DNA from: Geobacter sulfurreducens PCA
Lineage (GTDB): Bacteria > Desulfobacterota > Desulfuromonadia > Geobacterales > Geobacteraceae
DNA length: 32,000 nt
Direction: 5' to 3'
Assembly: GCF_000007985.2 (NCBI RefSeq)
Contig: NC_002939.5
Location: 2,190,001 to 2,222,000 of the forward strand
Position numbers and translations under genes: made by a program. The notes under the pieces were generated by a model. That model did not search any database. It saw only the letters and a list, made by a program, of their open reading frames with translations, and was not told the DNA's origin. This document shows positions 1 to 8,351 of the stretch, piece by piece (position 1 is the stretch's first letter; the number at the start of each line of letters is the position of its first letter).

Positions 1-338
1 TAGTCCTCATCCTTTACATAGAGCGGTCGACGAAGCCCCTTCGGCAGTTGGTGAACGAAACAGAACACACACCTGTTGCCGCAACGGGCCGGCTCGGGCG
101 CGGCAAAAACGAGGCCCAGCGCTTCGTCGTCGTCCCGTTCGACCTCCACCTCCCACACTTCGCCGGAAGGCTTTACAATCTCCAAGAGAAGCTCTTCGCC
201 GTCCGCATGAAAATTGTAGTCGACGATGTCGCGCAGGGGGCGGTTGTTGACGGCAACAAGACGGTCCCCCGGCTCGATCTCCAGCTCCGAGGCAATGCTG
301 CCGGGGATGACGCTCTCTATCAGGAGCCCCCCGCTCAT
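1..338 (-). CDS. PDZ-domain / radical-SAM (DUF512-like) protein, N-terminal part; gene runs off the left edge of the window
   Basis: Not in the ORF track (no stop in window). My own translation of the minus strand from ATG 338-336: MSGGLLIESVIPGSIASELEIEPGDRLVAVNNRPLRDIVDYNFHADGEELLLEIVKPSGEVWEVEVERDDDEALGLVFAAPEPARCGNRCVFCFVHQLPKGLRRPLYVKDED... It has a PDZ-like GDxLxxVN segment followed by a CxxxCxxC radical-SAM-type motif. ATGA overlap with the stop of the upstream permease gene. Confidence 0.55.
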   Translation of the reverse strand, partial: MSGGLLIESVIPGSIASELEIEPGDRLVAVNNRPLRDIVDYNFHADGEELLLEIVKPSGEVWEVEVERDDDEALGLVFAAPEPARCGNRCVFCFVHQLPKGLRRPLYVKDED

Positions 339-1447
339 GGTCGCTCGAAGAACGGAGTGGCCCGGTACCACTCAACGCCATGCCGGAGCAGCACCTTGAT
401 GACTGCAGCCACGGGGACCGCCAGGAGCATGCCGAAGATGCCGAACCACTGGCCGCCGATGAAGAGGGCGAGGATAGCCACAACCGGATGGAGTCCCACG
501 GTGTTGCCGACCACGGCCGGTGTGATGAGCGCCCCCTCGATGGCCTGGACAATGGCGAACCAGCCGAGGCAGAGGAGTGGATGGAGCATGTCGTGGAATT
601 TGAGAAAAGCCATGATCATGGAAACCACGATGCCGAAGACGGTCCCCACGTAGGGAATGATGAAGAGGAACCCCGACAGGCTGCCGATGACGATGGCGAG
701 GTCGATGCCGATCATGACGAGACCGATGCTGTAGAGCACCGCCAGAATGGCACAGACCGCCAGTTGCCCGCGCACGAATCCCGACAGGACACCGTCGATC
801 TCGGAGCCCAGCATGGCTGCCCGGTCGCGGGCGCGGCCGGGGACGAGGGCCATGATCCCGTCCCTGAGCCGGGGCAGGTCGGCCAGGAAGTAGTAAAGAT
901 AGACTGGTGTAATAAAGTAGCCTGCCACTGTCAGGAGAAAGCCGAGGGTTGATGAAAAGGCGCGCTGGACCACGCCGAGTGCCCCCTTGACCAGGTCAAA
1001 CGAGGCACCGCGCAGTTCGTCCACAAGGCTATCGATGCGCGCGTAGAGCTTGTCGGGGGTCTCGATCTCAAGATAGGCCTTGGCCTGGCCGGGAATGAGA
1101 TCATAGAGCCGGGTGGCGTAGGCGGGCAGGTTTATCTCGACCCGAGCCACCTCCTTCTGGATGGAGACGGCGAAAAACGTAACGGCGCCCGCCGTAACCA
1201 CAACGATGAGAGCCATCACCAGCAGCACTGCCGCAACGCGCGGAACCCGCCTGGCCTCCAGCCACGTCACCAGCGGATTCAGCACGTAGGCAAGAATCAG
1301 GGCCAGGAGCACCGGTAGAAAGGTCGAGCCGAGGGACCAGACGAGGAGAACACCCGCCAGGGCCAGGAGCCCGCACAGGATGTAGGGTAGTTTTTCTTTC
1401 AAGGAATCAACCAGGGGGAGATGAGTACGGCCGGTCCGGGAGACCAC
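335..1447 (-). CDS. AI-2E family transporter (PerM/YdiK-like permease)
   Basis: 370-aa ORF that is polytopic and hydrophobic throughout, with the typical AI-2E layout. GTG start at 1447. No clear SD; the start lies in the loop of an 11-bp hairpin. Confidence 0.75.
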   Translation of the reverse strand: MVSRTGRTHLPLVDSLKEKLPYILCGLLALAGVLLVWSLGSTFLPVLLALILAYVLNPLVTWLEARRVPRVAAVLLVMALIVVVTAGAVTFFAVSIQKEVARVEINLPAYATRLYDLIPGQAKAYLEIETPDKLYARIDSLVDELRGASFDLVKGALGVVQRAFSSTLGFLLTVAGYFITPVYLYYFLADLPRLRDGIMALVPGRARDRAAMLGSEIDGVLSGFVRGQLAVCAILAVLYSIGLVMIGIDLAIVIGSLSGFLFIIPYVGTVFGIVVSMIMAFLKFHDMLHPLLCLGWFAIVQAIEGALITPAVVGNTVGLHPVVAILALFIGGQWFGIFGMLLAVPVAAVIKVLLRHGVEWYRATPFFERP

Positions 1448-1472
1448 GGGAATCCGCGACGTCCCGGACCGG
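1431..1472 (-). promoter_or_regulatory. Perfect 11-bp inverted repeat (CCGGTCCGGGA / TCCCGGACCGG, 20-nt loop) spanning the hfq-permease junction
   Basis: Read directly from the sequence. One arm is intergenic and the other covers codons 3-6 of the permease. The GTG start lies in the loop. No U-tract follows. Confidence 0.5.
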
Positions 1473-1483
1473 CGAACAGTGTG

Positions 1484-1708
1484 CTACTGGTGCAGCCTGA
1501 AGTGACCGTCCACGGAGGTAATGGAGGTAATGGCGTGCTTGTAGATGAGCATGTCACCCTGGATCTCCATGAGCACGGAAAAGTTGTCGAACGACTTGAT
1601 GTATCCTTCTAGCTTCTCGCCCGACATGAGCCGCACGGCGACCTTGATCCGCTCCTTACGCGACTGGTTGAGGTACTGGTCCTGAATGTTGAATGGTGCT
1701 TTCGCCAT
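1484..1708 (-). CDS. hfq: RNA chaperone Hfq
   Basis: 74 aa, MAKAPFNIQDQYLNQSRKERIKVAVRLMSGEKLEGYIKSFDNFSVLMEIQGDMLIYKHAITSI, with Sm1/Sm2 motifs. AAGGAG SD 6 nt upstream. Lies downstream of miaA, as in the classical mutL-miaA-hfq arrangement. Confidence 0.95.
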   Translation of the reverse strand: MAKAPFNIQDQYLNQSRKERIKVAVRLMSGEKLEGYIKSFDNFSVLMEIQGDMLIYKHAITSITSVDGHFRLHQ

Positions 1709-1720
1709 AGTGCCGCTCCT

Positions 1721-2656
1721 TCATCCAAAAAATTTCATCGCAATGGTAGAGATACTATCAAAATTGGCCGGATATTCAACCCACTTTATTGCAGGATCCT
1801 TGCGAAACCACGTCAATTGCCTCTTTGCATAGCGGCGGGTGTTCCGTTGAACGAGTTCCCGCGCCTCGTCCAGCGAACAGGTTCCGGCCAGATACGCGCA
1901 GACTTCCTTGTAACCAATGGCCCCCATGGCCTTGAGGTCAGGCGAATAGCCCGCATTCAACAGACCGCTCACCTCCTCGACAAAGCCTTCAGCGAACATC
2001 CGGTTCACCCGCTCGTTGATGCGCCGGTAAAGATCGTCACGTTCCACGGAAATGCCTAATTTCAGGCAATCATAAGGCTCATCGGCGAAACGGTGCTCCT
2101 CCTGGAACTCCGAAAGAGGCTTCCCGGTCATTAGGAACACCTCCAGCGCCCTGACGATCCGGACCCGATCATTGGGGTGGAGCCGCGCCGCCGCGGCCGG
2201 ATCCACCTGTGCCAGCCGGTCGTGGAGCGCAGCCGCCCCTTCGCTCCGGGCATCTTCCTCCAACTCGGCCCGGATCGTATCGTCAGCGCCGGGCGATGGG
2301 GCGAGCCCACCAATAAGGGTCTTGATGTAAAGTCCCGTCCCACCCACGAGAATGGGGCGCTTTCCCCGGCTGTGGATCTCGGTGATGACCCGCCCCGCCT
2401 CTCTGCGATAGTCGGCTGCGGTGAAGTTCACGTCCGGGTCGACGATGTCGTAGAGGTGGTGGGGAACCCGGGCCACGAGCTCCGGGGACGGCTTTGCCGT
2501 GCCGATGTCCATTCCCCGGTAGACCTGCATGGAGTCGGCATTCACCACGTCCCCGCCGCAGGCCTCCGCCAGCCGGACCGCAAGTTCTGACTTGCCCGAT
2601 GCAGTCGGCCCCTGGATTATGACGAGTTTTGTCTTTGACCCGGCCTGATTGCCCAT
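1721..2656 (-). CDS. miaA: tRNA dimethylallyltransferase MiaA
   Basis: P-loop GPTASGKS, then DSMQVYRGMDIGTAKP, and a conserved C-terminal RQLTWFR. ORF-track start 2737 overlaps mutL, so I trimmed to ATG 2656 (MGNQAGSKTKLVIIQGPTASGKS), 8 nt after the mutL stop. Confidence 0.9.
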   Translation of the reverse strand: MGNQAGSKTKLVIIQGPTASGKSELAVRLAEACGGDVVNADSMQVYRGMDIGTAKPSPELVARVPHHLYDIVDPDVNFTAADYRREAGRVITEIHSRGKRPILVGGTGLYIKTLIGGLAPSPGADDTIRAELEEDARSEGAAALHDRLAQVDPAAAARLHPNDRVRIVRALEVFLMTGKPLSEFQEEHRFADEPYDCLKLGISVERDDLYRRINERVNRMFAEGFVEEVSGLLNAGYSPDLKAMGAIGYKEVCAYLAGTCSLDEARELVQRNTRRYAKRQLTWFRKDPAIKWVEYPANFDSISTIAMKFFG

Positions 2657-2664
2657 GATAGCGG

Positions 2665-4485
2665 TCACACTCTCTTGAACATCTTCTCCACCTCCCCCAG
2701 CGTAAGTCGCTGGAGGACGGGCCTGCCATGGGGGCAATTGGTGGAAAAGTCGGTGGCGTCCATATGGGCGAAGAGGGCCTCAATCTCGCCGGTGGTCAGG
2801 GGGTGCTCGCCCCGCACAACGCTGTGGCAGGCGACGCGGGTCAGGATATCCTCCACGGCATCGGCGATGCTGCGGCTGGCTCCGAGGGACTGGAGCTCCT
2901 CAAGGGTGTCGCGTAGCAGGCGCAGGTAGTCGGTGCCTGCCAGCAGGCGCGGAATCCCCTTTACGATCCAGGTAGTACCCCCGAAATCCTCTAGATCGAA
3001 ACCGAGCCGGCCCAGTTCGCCGCCGTGTTCCCGCACCACCGCCGATTCCCGGTGAGACAGCTCCACGGTCTCGGGGAAAAGAAGCCCCTGCCCCTCGACC
3101 CGGCCGGCAGCGAACTGCGTCTTGAGGCGCTCGAAGGCGACCCGCTCGTGGGCCGCATGCTGGTCGATGATGACCAGATCAGAGCCATCCTGGCACAGGA
3201 TGTAGGATGCGTTGTACTGGCCGATGACGGCAAGGGAAGAGAAATAGCCCCCGTGACGACGCACGGCCGTGTCGTCCAGCATCCGGCTGCCAGAATCGGG
3301 CAAAGGCGGCTCCCGATCCGGCTGCGGTGCGGGTTGTGGCGCGAAGAGCGGCCGATGGGGAGCCACGGCGGGACGGTAGTTTTCCAGAAGCTCCCGCACT
3401 TCTTCCACCTGACGAGCACCCGTGCCCTGAACGTATTGTTGCGGCCGGGGCACCGCCAGCGGCGCAGCAACGGGTGACTCGGAGCGGCGAATCCAGGGCG
3501 TGAGCCGGAGCGTCTCCTCCACGGCCCCCTGGATCACATCGTGCACGATCCCCTGCTGCCTGAAGCGGACCTCGTGCTTGGTAGGATGGACGTTCACGTC
3601 TACTTCGCCGGGAGAAACCTCGATAAAGAGAACCACCACCGGGTAGCGCCCCCGCTCCAGGAAGTTGCGATAGGCCTGGAGTATGGCGTGCTGCACGACG
3701 CGGTCGCGGATGAAACGACCATTGATGTAGGTGTAGAGGTGCGATGCCGCGGAACGGCTCACATCGGGGCGAGCCACGAGTCCGGTCACCCGCACCCCCT
3801 CGGTGGCCAGATCCACGGGGTGGAGGGCTGAGGCAACGGTCTTGCCCAGAAGTGCGGCCACCCGGTCCAGCAGGGTGCCGTCCAGGGCCCGGAACAGGGT
3901 CTTGCCGTCGCTCACGCAGGTGAAGCGAACCTCCGGGCGGGAAAGGGCCAGCCGGGTGACCAGGTCTGCCACGTGGCCCCCCTCGGTCTCAACACTCTTC
4001 ATGAACTTGAGACGGGCCGGAGTATTGAAGAAGAGATTGCGGACCGAGACCACGGTCCCCTCGGCCATGCCGCAGGCCTTCACCTCGCGGATCTTTCCCC
4101 CTTCGGCGTAAATCTCGGTTCCTTCGATGCTCCCCCGCTCGCGGGTGGCGAGGGTGAAGCGGGAGACCGAGGCCACGGAGGGGAGCGCCTCTCCGCGGAA
4201 GCCGAGCGTGGCCAGGGAGAACAGGTCGTCGTCCGTGGCGATCTTGCTGGTGGCGTGACGCTCAAGGGCCATGAGGGCGTCTTCCCGCGACATGCCGCAG
4301 CCGTCGTCGGTGATCCGGATGAGGCGCCGCCCTCCCCCCTCGATCTCTACGATTATCTCGCCGCAGCCGGCATCCAGGGCGTTCTCCACCAGTTCCTTCA
4401 CCACCGATGCGGGGCGTTCCACCACCTCGCCGGCAGCGATCTTGTTGGTGAGTATCTCGGGCAGTATCCTGATCCGGTGTGGCAT
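2665..4485 (-). CDS. mutL: DNA mismatch repair protein MutL
   Basis: 606 aa. N-terminal GHKL ATPase motifs (IAAGEVVERPASVVKELVENALDAG, DDGCGM, LGFRGEAL). C-terminal dimerisation/endonuclease-type region (DQHAAHERV ... CPHGRP). Confidence 0.95.
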   Translation of the reverse strand: MPHRIRILPEILTNKIAAGEVVERPASVVKELVENALDAGCGEIIVEIEGGGRRLIRITDDGCGMSREDALMALERHATSKIATDDDLFSLATLGFRGEALPSVASVSRFTLATRERGSIEGTEIYAEGGKIREVKACGMAEGTVVSVRNLFFNTPARLKFMKSVETEGGHVADLVTRLALSRPEVRFTCVSDGKTLFRALDGTLLDRVAALLGKTVASALHPVDLATEGVRVTGLVARPDVSRSAASHLYTYINGRFIRDRVVQHAILQAYRNFLERGRYPVVVLFIEVSPGEVDVNVHPTKHEVRFRQQGIVHDVIQGAVEETLRLTPWIRRSESPVAAPLAVPRPQQYVQGTGARQVEEVRELLENYRPAVAPHRPLFAPQPAPQPDREPPLPDSGSRMLDDTAVRRHGGYFSSLAVIGQYNASYILCQDGSDLVIIDQHAAHERVAFERLKTQFAAGRVEGQGLLFPETVELSHRESAVVREHGGELGRLGFDLEDFGGTTWIVKGIPRLLAGTDYLRLLRDTLEELQSLGASRSIADAVEDILTRVACHSVVRGEHPLTTGEIEALFAHMDATDFSTNCPHGRPVLQRLTLGEVEKMFKRV

Positions 4486-5588
4486 CAGGCAAGCTTCCTC
4501 TTGACGGCTTCCACTACGTGGAAGGCATCGTTGATTGCGGTGTAGATCAGGTTGGGATGCTTCTCCTCCTGGATGCTGCCGCCGCAGATCTTCATAAACG
4601 AGGGTGAGATGGCGCCGCCGATGACGTAGACCCCCTTGCGGGTCGACTCGAACTCGGCGTTGAGCAGGATGAGCCGGTCCCCCTCTTTGGCCACGGTGCA
4701 GACTCCTTCGGCGCAGGCAATGGTCTGGACCCCGATCTTGTCGAAGATAGGAAGCGGTCCCTGGGAGCCGATGCAGGCAATGACGTTCTTCATGGGGAAG
4801 CTCATGGCATGGTAGATCTCGATGCCGTCGGGCTGGGTGAACTCGTTCACCCGGATTACGAGCCGGTCGACCCCCTCCTGGTCAACCTCGCCGATGCGGG
4901 GGATGGCGCCGGGAAGCAGCCTGATATTGCCACCCAGGAGGATCTCCTCCCCCAGGCGCTGGGCGGTCTCCTTGTTCACGTCGAATTTTTCCGCCACATG
5001 GGCCCAGTAGACCGACTGGGTGTCCCCGGCCTCGCGTTTGGCCCTGAGGATGGAAATGATTACGTCCGCCGCCGTGTTGCCGCCGCCGATGACCAGGGTC
5101 CGGGCCCCCACGTACTTCTTCGGGTCATCCAGGGTCTTGGCCACCATCTTGGCATCGCCGTAGACCGAAAGTTCCCGGGGAATGCTGCTGCCGAAGGCCA
5201 GGACCACCTTGCGGGCGGCGAAATTCCCCACAGAGGTCTGGACGATGAGGTGATCGCGGGCGTCCTTTAGGTCCTCGAACTGGACCTCGGTCCGGATATT
5301 CAGGTTCTCGTGCTGGACGAAGTGCTGCACATACTGGATGTACTTTTCCACGGCCACCGGCTTGTCGGGGGGGCGGAGCTCTTCAACCAGGAACGGCTCG
5401 GGGCTCTCCTTGGGCCGCGACGGGTAGACGTTCTTCCCTTCGGGGTAGGTGTTGGTGATTCCCTGAAAAACACTCTTCCCCTGTTCGATGAGGAGATAGG
5501 AGAGATCGTTTCTGTGACACAGGTAGGCACAGGCGATCCCTGCCGGACCGCCCCCCACGATGAGGACGTCATACATCTGCTGTTCCAT
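4485..5588 (-). CDS. FAD/NAD(P)-binding oxidoreductase with a thioredoxin-reductase-like two-Rossmann fold and no CxxC redox motif
   Basis: YDVLIVGGGPAGIACAY (GxGxxG) plus a second dinucleotide motif TLVIGGGNTAADV. Start trimmed to ATG 5588 (MEQQMYDV), preceded by GGAGGTG. Its TGA shares one nucleotide with the mutL ATG (TGATG). Confidence 0.7.
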   Translation of the reverse strand: MEQQMYDVLIVGGGPAGIACAYLCHRNDLSYLLIEQGKSVFQGITNTYPEGKNVYPSRPKESPEPFLVEELRPPDKPVAVEKYIQYVQHFVQHENLNIRTEVQFEDLKDARDHLIVQTSVGNFAARKVVLAFGSSIPRELSVYGDAKMVAKTLDDPKKYVGARTLVIGGGNTAADVIISILRAKREAGDTQSVYWAHVAEKFDVNKETAQRLGEEILLGGNIRLLPGAIPRIGEVDQEGVDRLVIRVNEFTQPDGIEIYHAMSFPMKNVIACIGSQGPLPIFDKIGVQTIACAEGVCTVAKEGDRLILLNAEFESTRKGVYVIGGAISPSFMKICGGSIQEEKHPNLIYTAINDAFHVVEAVKRKLA

Positions 5589-5621
5589 TGCACCTCCACC
5601 GGCCAGGGTGCACCCTCGGCC

Positions 5622-5654
5622 AAAAGCAAAAACCCCCGGAGGAACTCCCCGAGG
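5622..5654 (-). terminator. Terminator-like hairpin plus U-tract in the 188-nt gap upstream of the flavoprotein-mutL genes
   Basis: Minus-strand RNA CCUCGGGGAGUUCCUCCGGGGG followed by UUUUUGCUUUU. The stem needs one bulge and two G-U pairs. It could terminate the ubiD-like operon or attenuate the downstream one. Confidence 0.4.
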
Positions 5655-5661
5655 ACTTTTG

Positions 5662-5690
5662 ACGATACCCCGTTTTGGCCGCTGCGTCAA
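5662..5690 (-). promoter_or_regulatory. Candidate sigma70 promoter TTGACG-17-TATCGT
   Basis: Minus strand -35 at 5690-5685 and -10 at 5667-5662 with a 17-bp spacer. Lies upstream of the terminator-like hairpin and the flavoprotein start. Confidence 0.3.
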
Positions 5691-5776
5691 TCGACTGAAT
5701 TGGGCGTCAAGGGACGGCTTCCGTCAGCAACCGTCTCCGTCCGCCCGGATGCGTTTCCGGCTGTTCAGACAGCGGC

Positions 5777-6268
5777 TCAGGGTGTCCGCTGGTAAATTTT
5801 CCTGGGTATGCGCTGGAAATTGTATTTGGAGAGGGTGAGGACATCATTCATGGGGAGCTTCCAGATACCGTCGATCCGTCGCAGGTGGAAATCGCGGGTA
5901 ACGAACCTGGTCCCTACCCCTTCCACCTCGAAGCCGACCTTGGCATTGATGACCACATAGTCGGCATCACGGGCCGCTACGGATACATCCTGAAGCTTTT
6001 CCCAGCAGCAAGCCGGGACCCGGGAAGCGTAGACCATGCGCTCGGCAAAGTAGTCCCATCCCCATGCCGCCGGATGATCGAGGCGCTCGTACAGCCGTTC
6101 CAGATCCTCCGCCCGCCACAAGTCGAGAATCTGCTCAAACGCGATTCGCGCGTCGGTCGTCACTTGGTGGGCAGTGAAGGCCATCGAGCGCCATGGACCC
6201 AGCAGAAGAAAGAGAATCGCCATACAGAGGTATCGCGCCACGAAACACCTCCCGCCATGAACAGCCAT
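5777..6268 (-). CDS. Hypothetical small exported protein (possibly an NTF2-like fold)
   Basis: The ORF-track N-terminus overlaps the ubiD-like gene. I trimmed to ATG 6268, with an alternative GTG at 6241 preceded by GGGAGG. Signal-peptide-like ARYLCMAILFLLLGPWRSMA/FTAHQ. No recognisable catalytic motif. Starts 10 nt after the UbiD-like stop. Confidence 0.5.
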   Translation of the reverse strand: MAVHGGRCFVARYLCMAILFLLLGPWRSMAFTAHQVTTDARIAFEQILDLWRAEDLERLYERLDHPAAWGWDYFAERMVYASRVPACCWEKLQDVSVAARDADYVVINAKVGFEVEGVGTRFVTRDFHLRRIDGIWKLPMNDVLTLSKYNFQRIPRKIYQRTP

Positions 6269-6278
6269 CGAACGCTGC

Positions 6279-8153
6279 TCAGATGATGCCGTGCAACGGA
6301 CCTCCGGGAGCACCAAGCTCATCGACCCGTCGTTCAATCTCGGGGACATCCTCCAGGGGCGGCGCATGGTGCGGCTTGATGCGGGCATCGATGACCAATG
6401 CGCCGTCGCACCCCCAGTGTTTGCAGCGGACCGAGGCGCCGATGCCGTGGATATCCGCTGCAGGATTGGAGCGGGTAAAGGTAACCCAGAGGAAATTATT
6501 GAGGGTCCGGGCGGCAAAATCGCTGTCGTCCACGATGACCACCAGGGGAAAGCGGTTCAGAGGATCGTCGACGGAAATGCCGGCGCAGAAGCGCTCCATG
6601 TCCGGGGTAACGCAGTCGCGGTAGCCGGGGAAGGCGGGGCCTTGCACTGCCAGAACGCCGGGGAAGCAGACCCGGGGCGCGCTAAACCCGTCGGGAAGGC
6701 GCAGCCCGACGGGCAGCTCGCCGGGCAGCTCGCGCCTGGGAGAACCTGCCGCCGCCACGATGACCTTTGACCCCTCGTTCAGGCCTGTACCCGAATAATC
6801 GAGTGTGTCGATGGTGGTGCGGGTATGGAAGTGAAGGTCACGGCGCCAGTCGGCCCGCTCCAGGGTAAAGCGGATAAAACCGTCAATGTCGTGGATGTCG
6901 GGGGGCTCATCCTCATGGGGAGCAATGAAGAGGTACTTTGCCAGAGAGAGTTGACCATTGCCCAGGATGGCGCTGGCAATGGTGAGAAGTTCCCGGGGTG
7001 TGCGTTCCTCTTCATAGGGAACGTAGCGTTCTGAGCCCACGGCCAGCAGCAGGGGATGGACCCCGGCCGCGTCCACGGCATGAACCGCCTTCACGCCGGG
7101 AAGCACTTCGGGGATCAGGGCGCCGGTCAGCTCATGGATAAAGGCGCCGAAGGTGGTGTCCTCCTGGGGAGGGCGGCCGACGGTGGTATAGGGCCAGATG
7201 GCGTCGGCACGATGGTACACGTTCTCGACCGTGAGAACCGGGAACGGATGGGCGAGGCTGTAATACCCCAGGTGATCGCCGAAGGGGCCCTCGGGGAGCG
7301 TCCGGTTCGGGTCGATGGTGCCGGTGATGACGAAATCCGCCTCGGCCGGAAGAGGAAGACGGTCGGGGCGGCAGATCATGTCGATGCGGCGGCCGGCCAG
7401 GAGTCCGGCAAAGGAAAGTTCCGGCAGCCCCTCGGGGAGCGGCATGACTGCCGCCACGGCCATTGAAGGTGCCCCGCCCACGAAGACGCTCACCTTCAGG
7501 GGCTCACCCCGGGCGATCGCCTCAGCATGGTGGACACCGATGCCGCGATGGATCTGGTAATGAATTCCGACCTCCTGGTTCGGCGCATACTCGTTCCCCG
7601 AAAGTTGAACGCGGTACATTCCCAGGTTGGAGAAGCGGAAGCCGGGACGGGACGGGCTTTCGGAATAAACCTGGGGCAGCGTCACAAAGGGACCACCGTC
7701 CCGGGGCCAGGAAACCAGGGAGGGGAGTTGGTCAAGGGTTGTGTGATTGGCGAGAATCGGCCCGTCCGACACGTGGCGCGGCAGAAGGTGGAGTGCCGCC
7801 CGGGGAATGCCGAGATGGCCAAGGGGGTCCCTCAAAAACGCCGTGGGATTGATCTTGAGAGCCACGAGACGTTCAATAACGCGCAGGGTGTCTCGGAAGA
7901 TGAAGGTAGTGCGGTCCATGGTGCCGAACAGGTTCCCCAACAGGGGAAAGCGGCACCCCTTCGCCCGGGTGAACAGAAGGGCCGGCCCCTCCGCATGGTA
8001 GACGCGGCGCTGGATGGCGCCGATTTCGAGGTACGGATCGGTTTCCACGTCGATCCGGATCAACTGGCCGGTCCGTTCCAGCTCCTTCACACATTCCTGC
8101 AGATTGCGATAGCCCATGCCCCGCAGATCCTCCCCAATTGACCGCTCAGCCAT
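6279..8153 (-). CDS. UbiD-family (prFMN-dependent) decarboxylase, long form
   Basis: 624 aa. The N-terminus (YRNLQECVKELERTGQLIRIDVETDPYLEI) aligns with E. coli UbiD (YNDLRDFLTLLEQQGELKRI..VDP.LEI). UbiD-typical core, plus roughly 130 extra C-terminal residues. The alternative start ATG 8117 has a strong GGGGAGGA SD, whereas 8153 has none. Confidence 0.85.
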   Translation of the reverse strand: MAERSIGEDLRGMGYRNLQECVKELERTGQLIRIDVETDPYLEIGAIQRRVYHAEGPALLFTRAKGCRFPLLGNLFGTMDRTTFIFRDTLRVIERLVALKINPTAFLRDPLGHLGIPRAALHLLPRHVSDGPILANHTTLDQLPSLVSWPRDGGPFVTLPQVYSESPSRPGFRFSNLGMYRVQLSGNEYAPNQEVGIHYQIHRGIGVHHAEAIARGEPLKVSVFVGGAPSMAVAAVMPLPEGLPELSFAGLLAGRRIDMICRPDRLPLPAEADFVITGTIDPNRTLPEGPFGDHLGYYSLAHPFPVLTVENVYHRADAIWPYTTVGRPPQEDTTFGAFIHELTGALIPEVLPGVKAVHAVDAAGVHPLLLAVGSERYVPYEEERTPRELLTIASAILGNGQLSLAKYLFIAPHEDEPPDIHDIDGFIRFTLERADWRRDLHFHTRTTIDTLDYSGTGLNEGSKVIVAAAGSPRRELPGELPVGLRLPDGFSAPRVCFPGVLAVQGPAFPGYRDCVTPDMERFCAGISVDDPLNRFPLVVIVDDSDFAARTLNNFLWVTFTRSNPAADIHGIGASVRCKHWGCDGALVIDARIKPHHAPPLEDVPEIERRVDELGAPGGPLHGII

Positions 8154-8183
8154 GCAGGCAGTCGGTGATAAGCATGCATCCGC

Positions 8184-8212
8184 ACTCTAACTATGCCCAG
8201 TGCTCAAGTCAA
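8184..8212 (-). promoter_or_regulatory. Candidate sigma70 promoter TTGACT-17-TAGAGT for the ubiD-like operon
   Basis: Minus strand -35 at 8212-8207 and -10 at 8189-8184 with a 17-bp spacer, about 30 nt upstream of ATG 8153. Confidence 0.4.
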
Positions 8213-8228
8213 CGGTGATAGTAACAAC

Positions 8229-8270
8229 TGGCCAATTTTAGCCACCGGAAGATGGCCAATTTCAGCCACC
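8229..8270. repeat. Tandem 18-bp direct repeat, each copy an internal dyad (TGGC-N8-GCCA); candidate activator or operator sites
   Basis: TGGCCAATTTTAGCCACC (8229-8246), GGAAGA spacer, TGGCCAATTTCAGCCACC (8253-8270): 17/18 identical with a 24-bp period. Lies 82-123 bp upstream of the sigma54 element and 17 bp upstream of the divergent -35. Confidence 0.5.
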
Positions 8271-8351
8271 AACTCATCGCTCGACACTCAAAAGGTTGTT
8301 ATTTATCTGCCCGACTACGGCAATTCGGCATGTTACAAACCGTTTACGGGA

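Noticed and set aside
7-653. ORF-track ORFs 7..552 (-) and 48..653 (+) at the left edge
   Set aside because: Both overlap the AI-2E permease gene and give low-complexity translations. The real coding frame for 1-338 is a third minus-strand frame that is missing from the track because its stop lies outside the window (the PDZ/radical-SAM protein).
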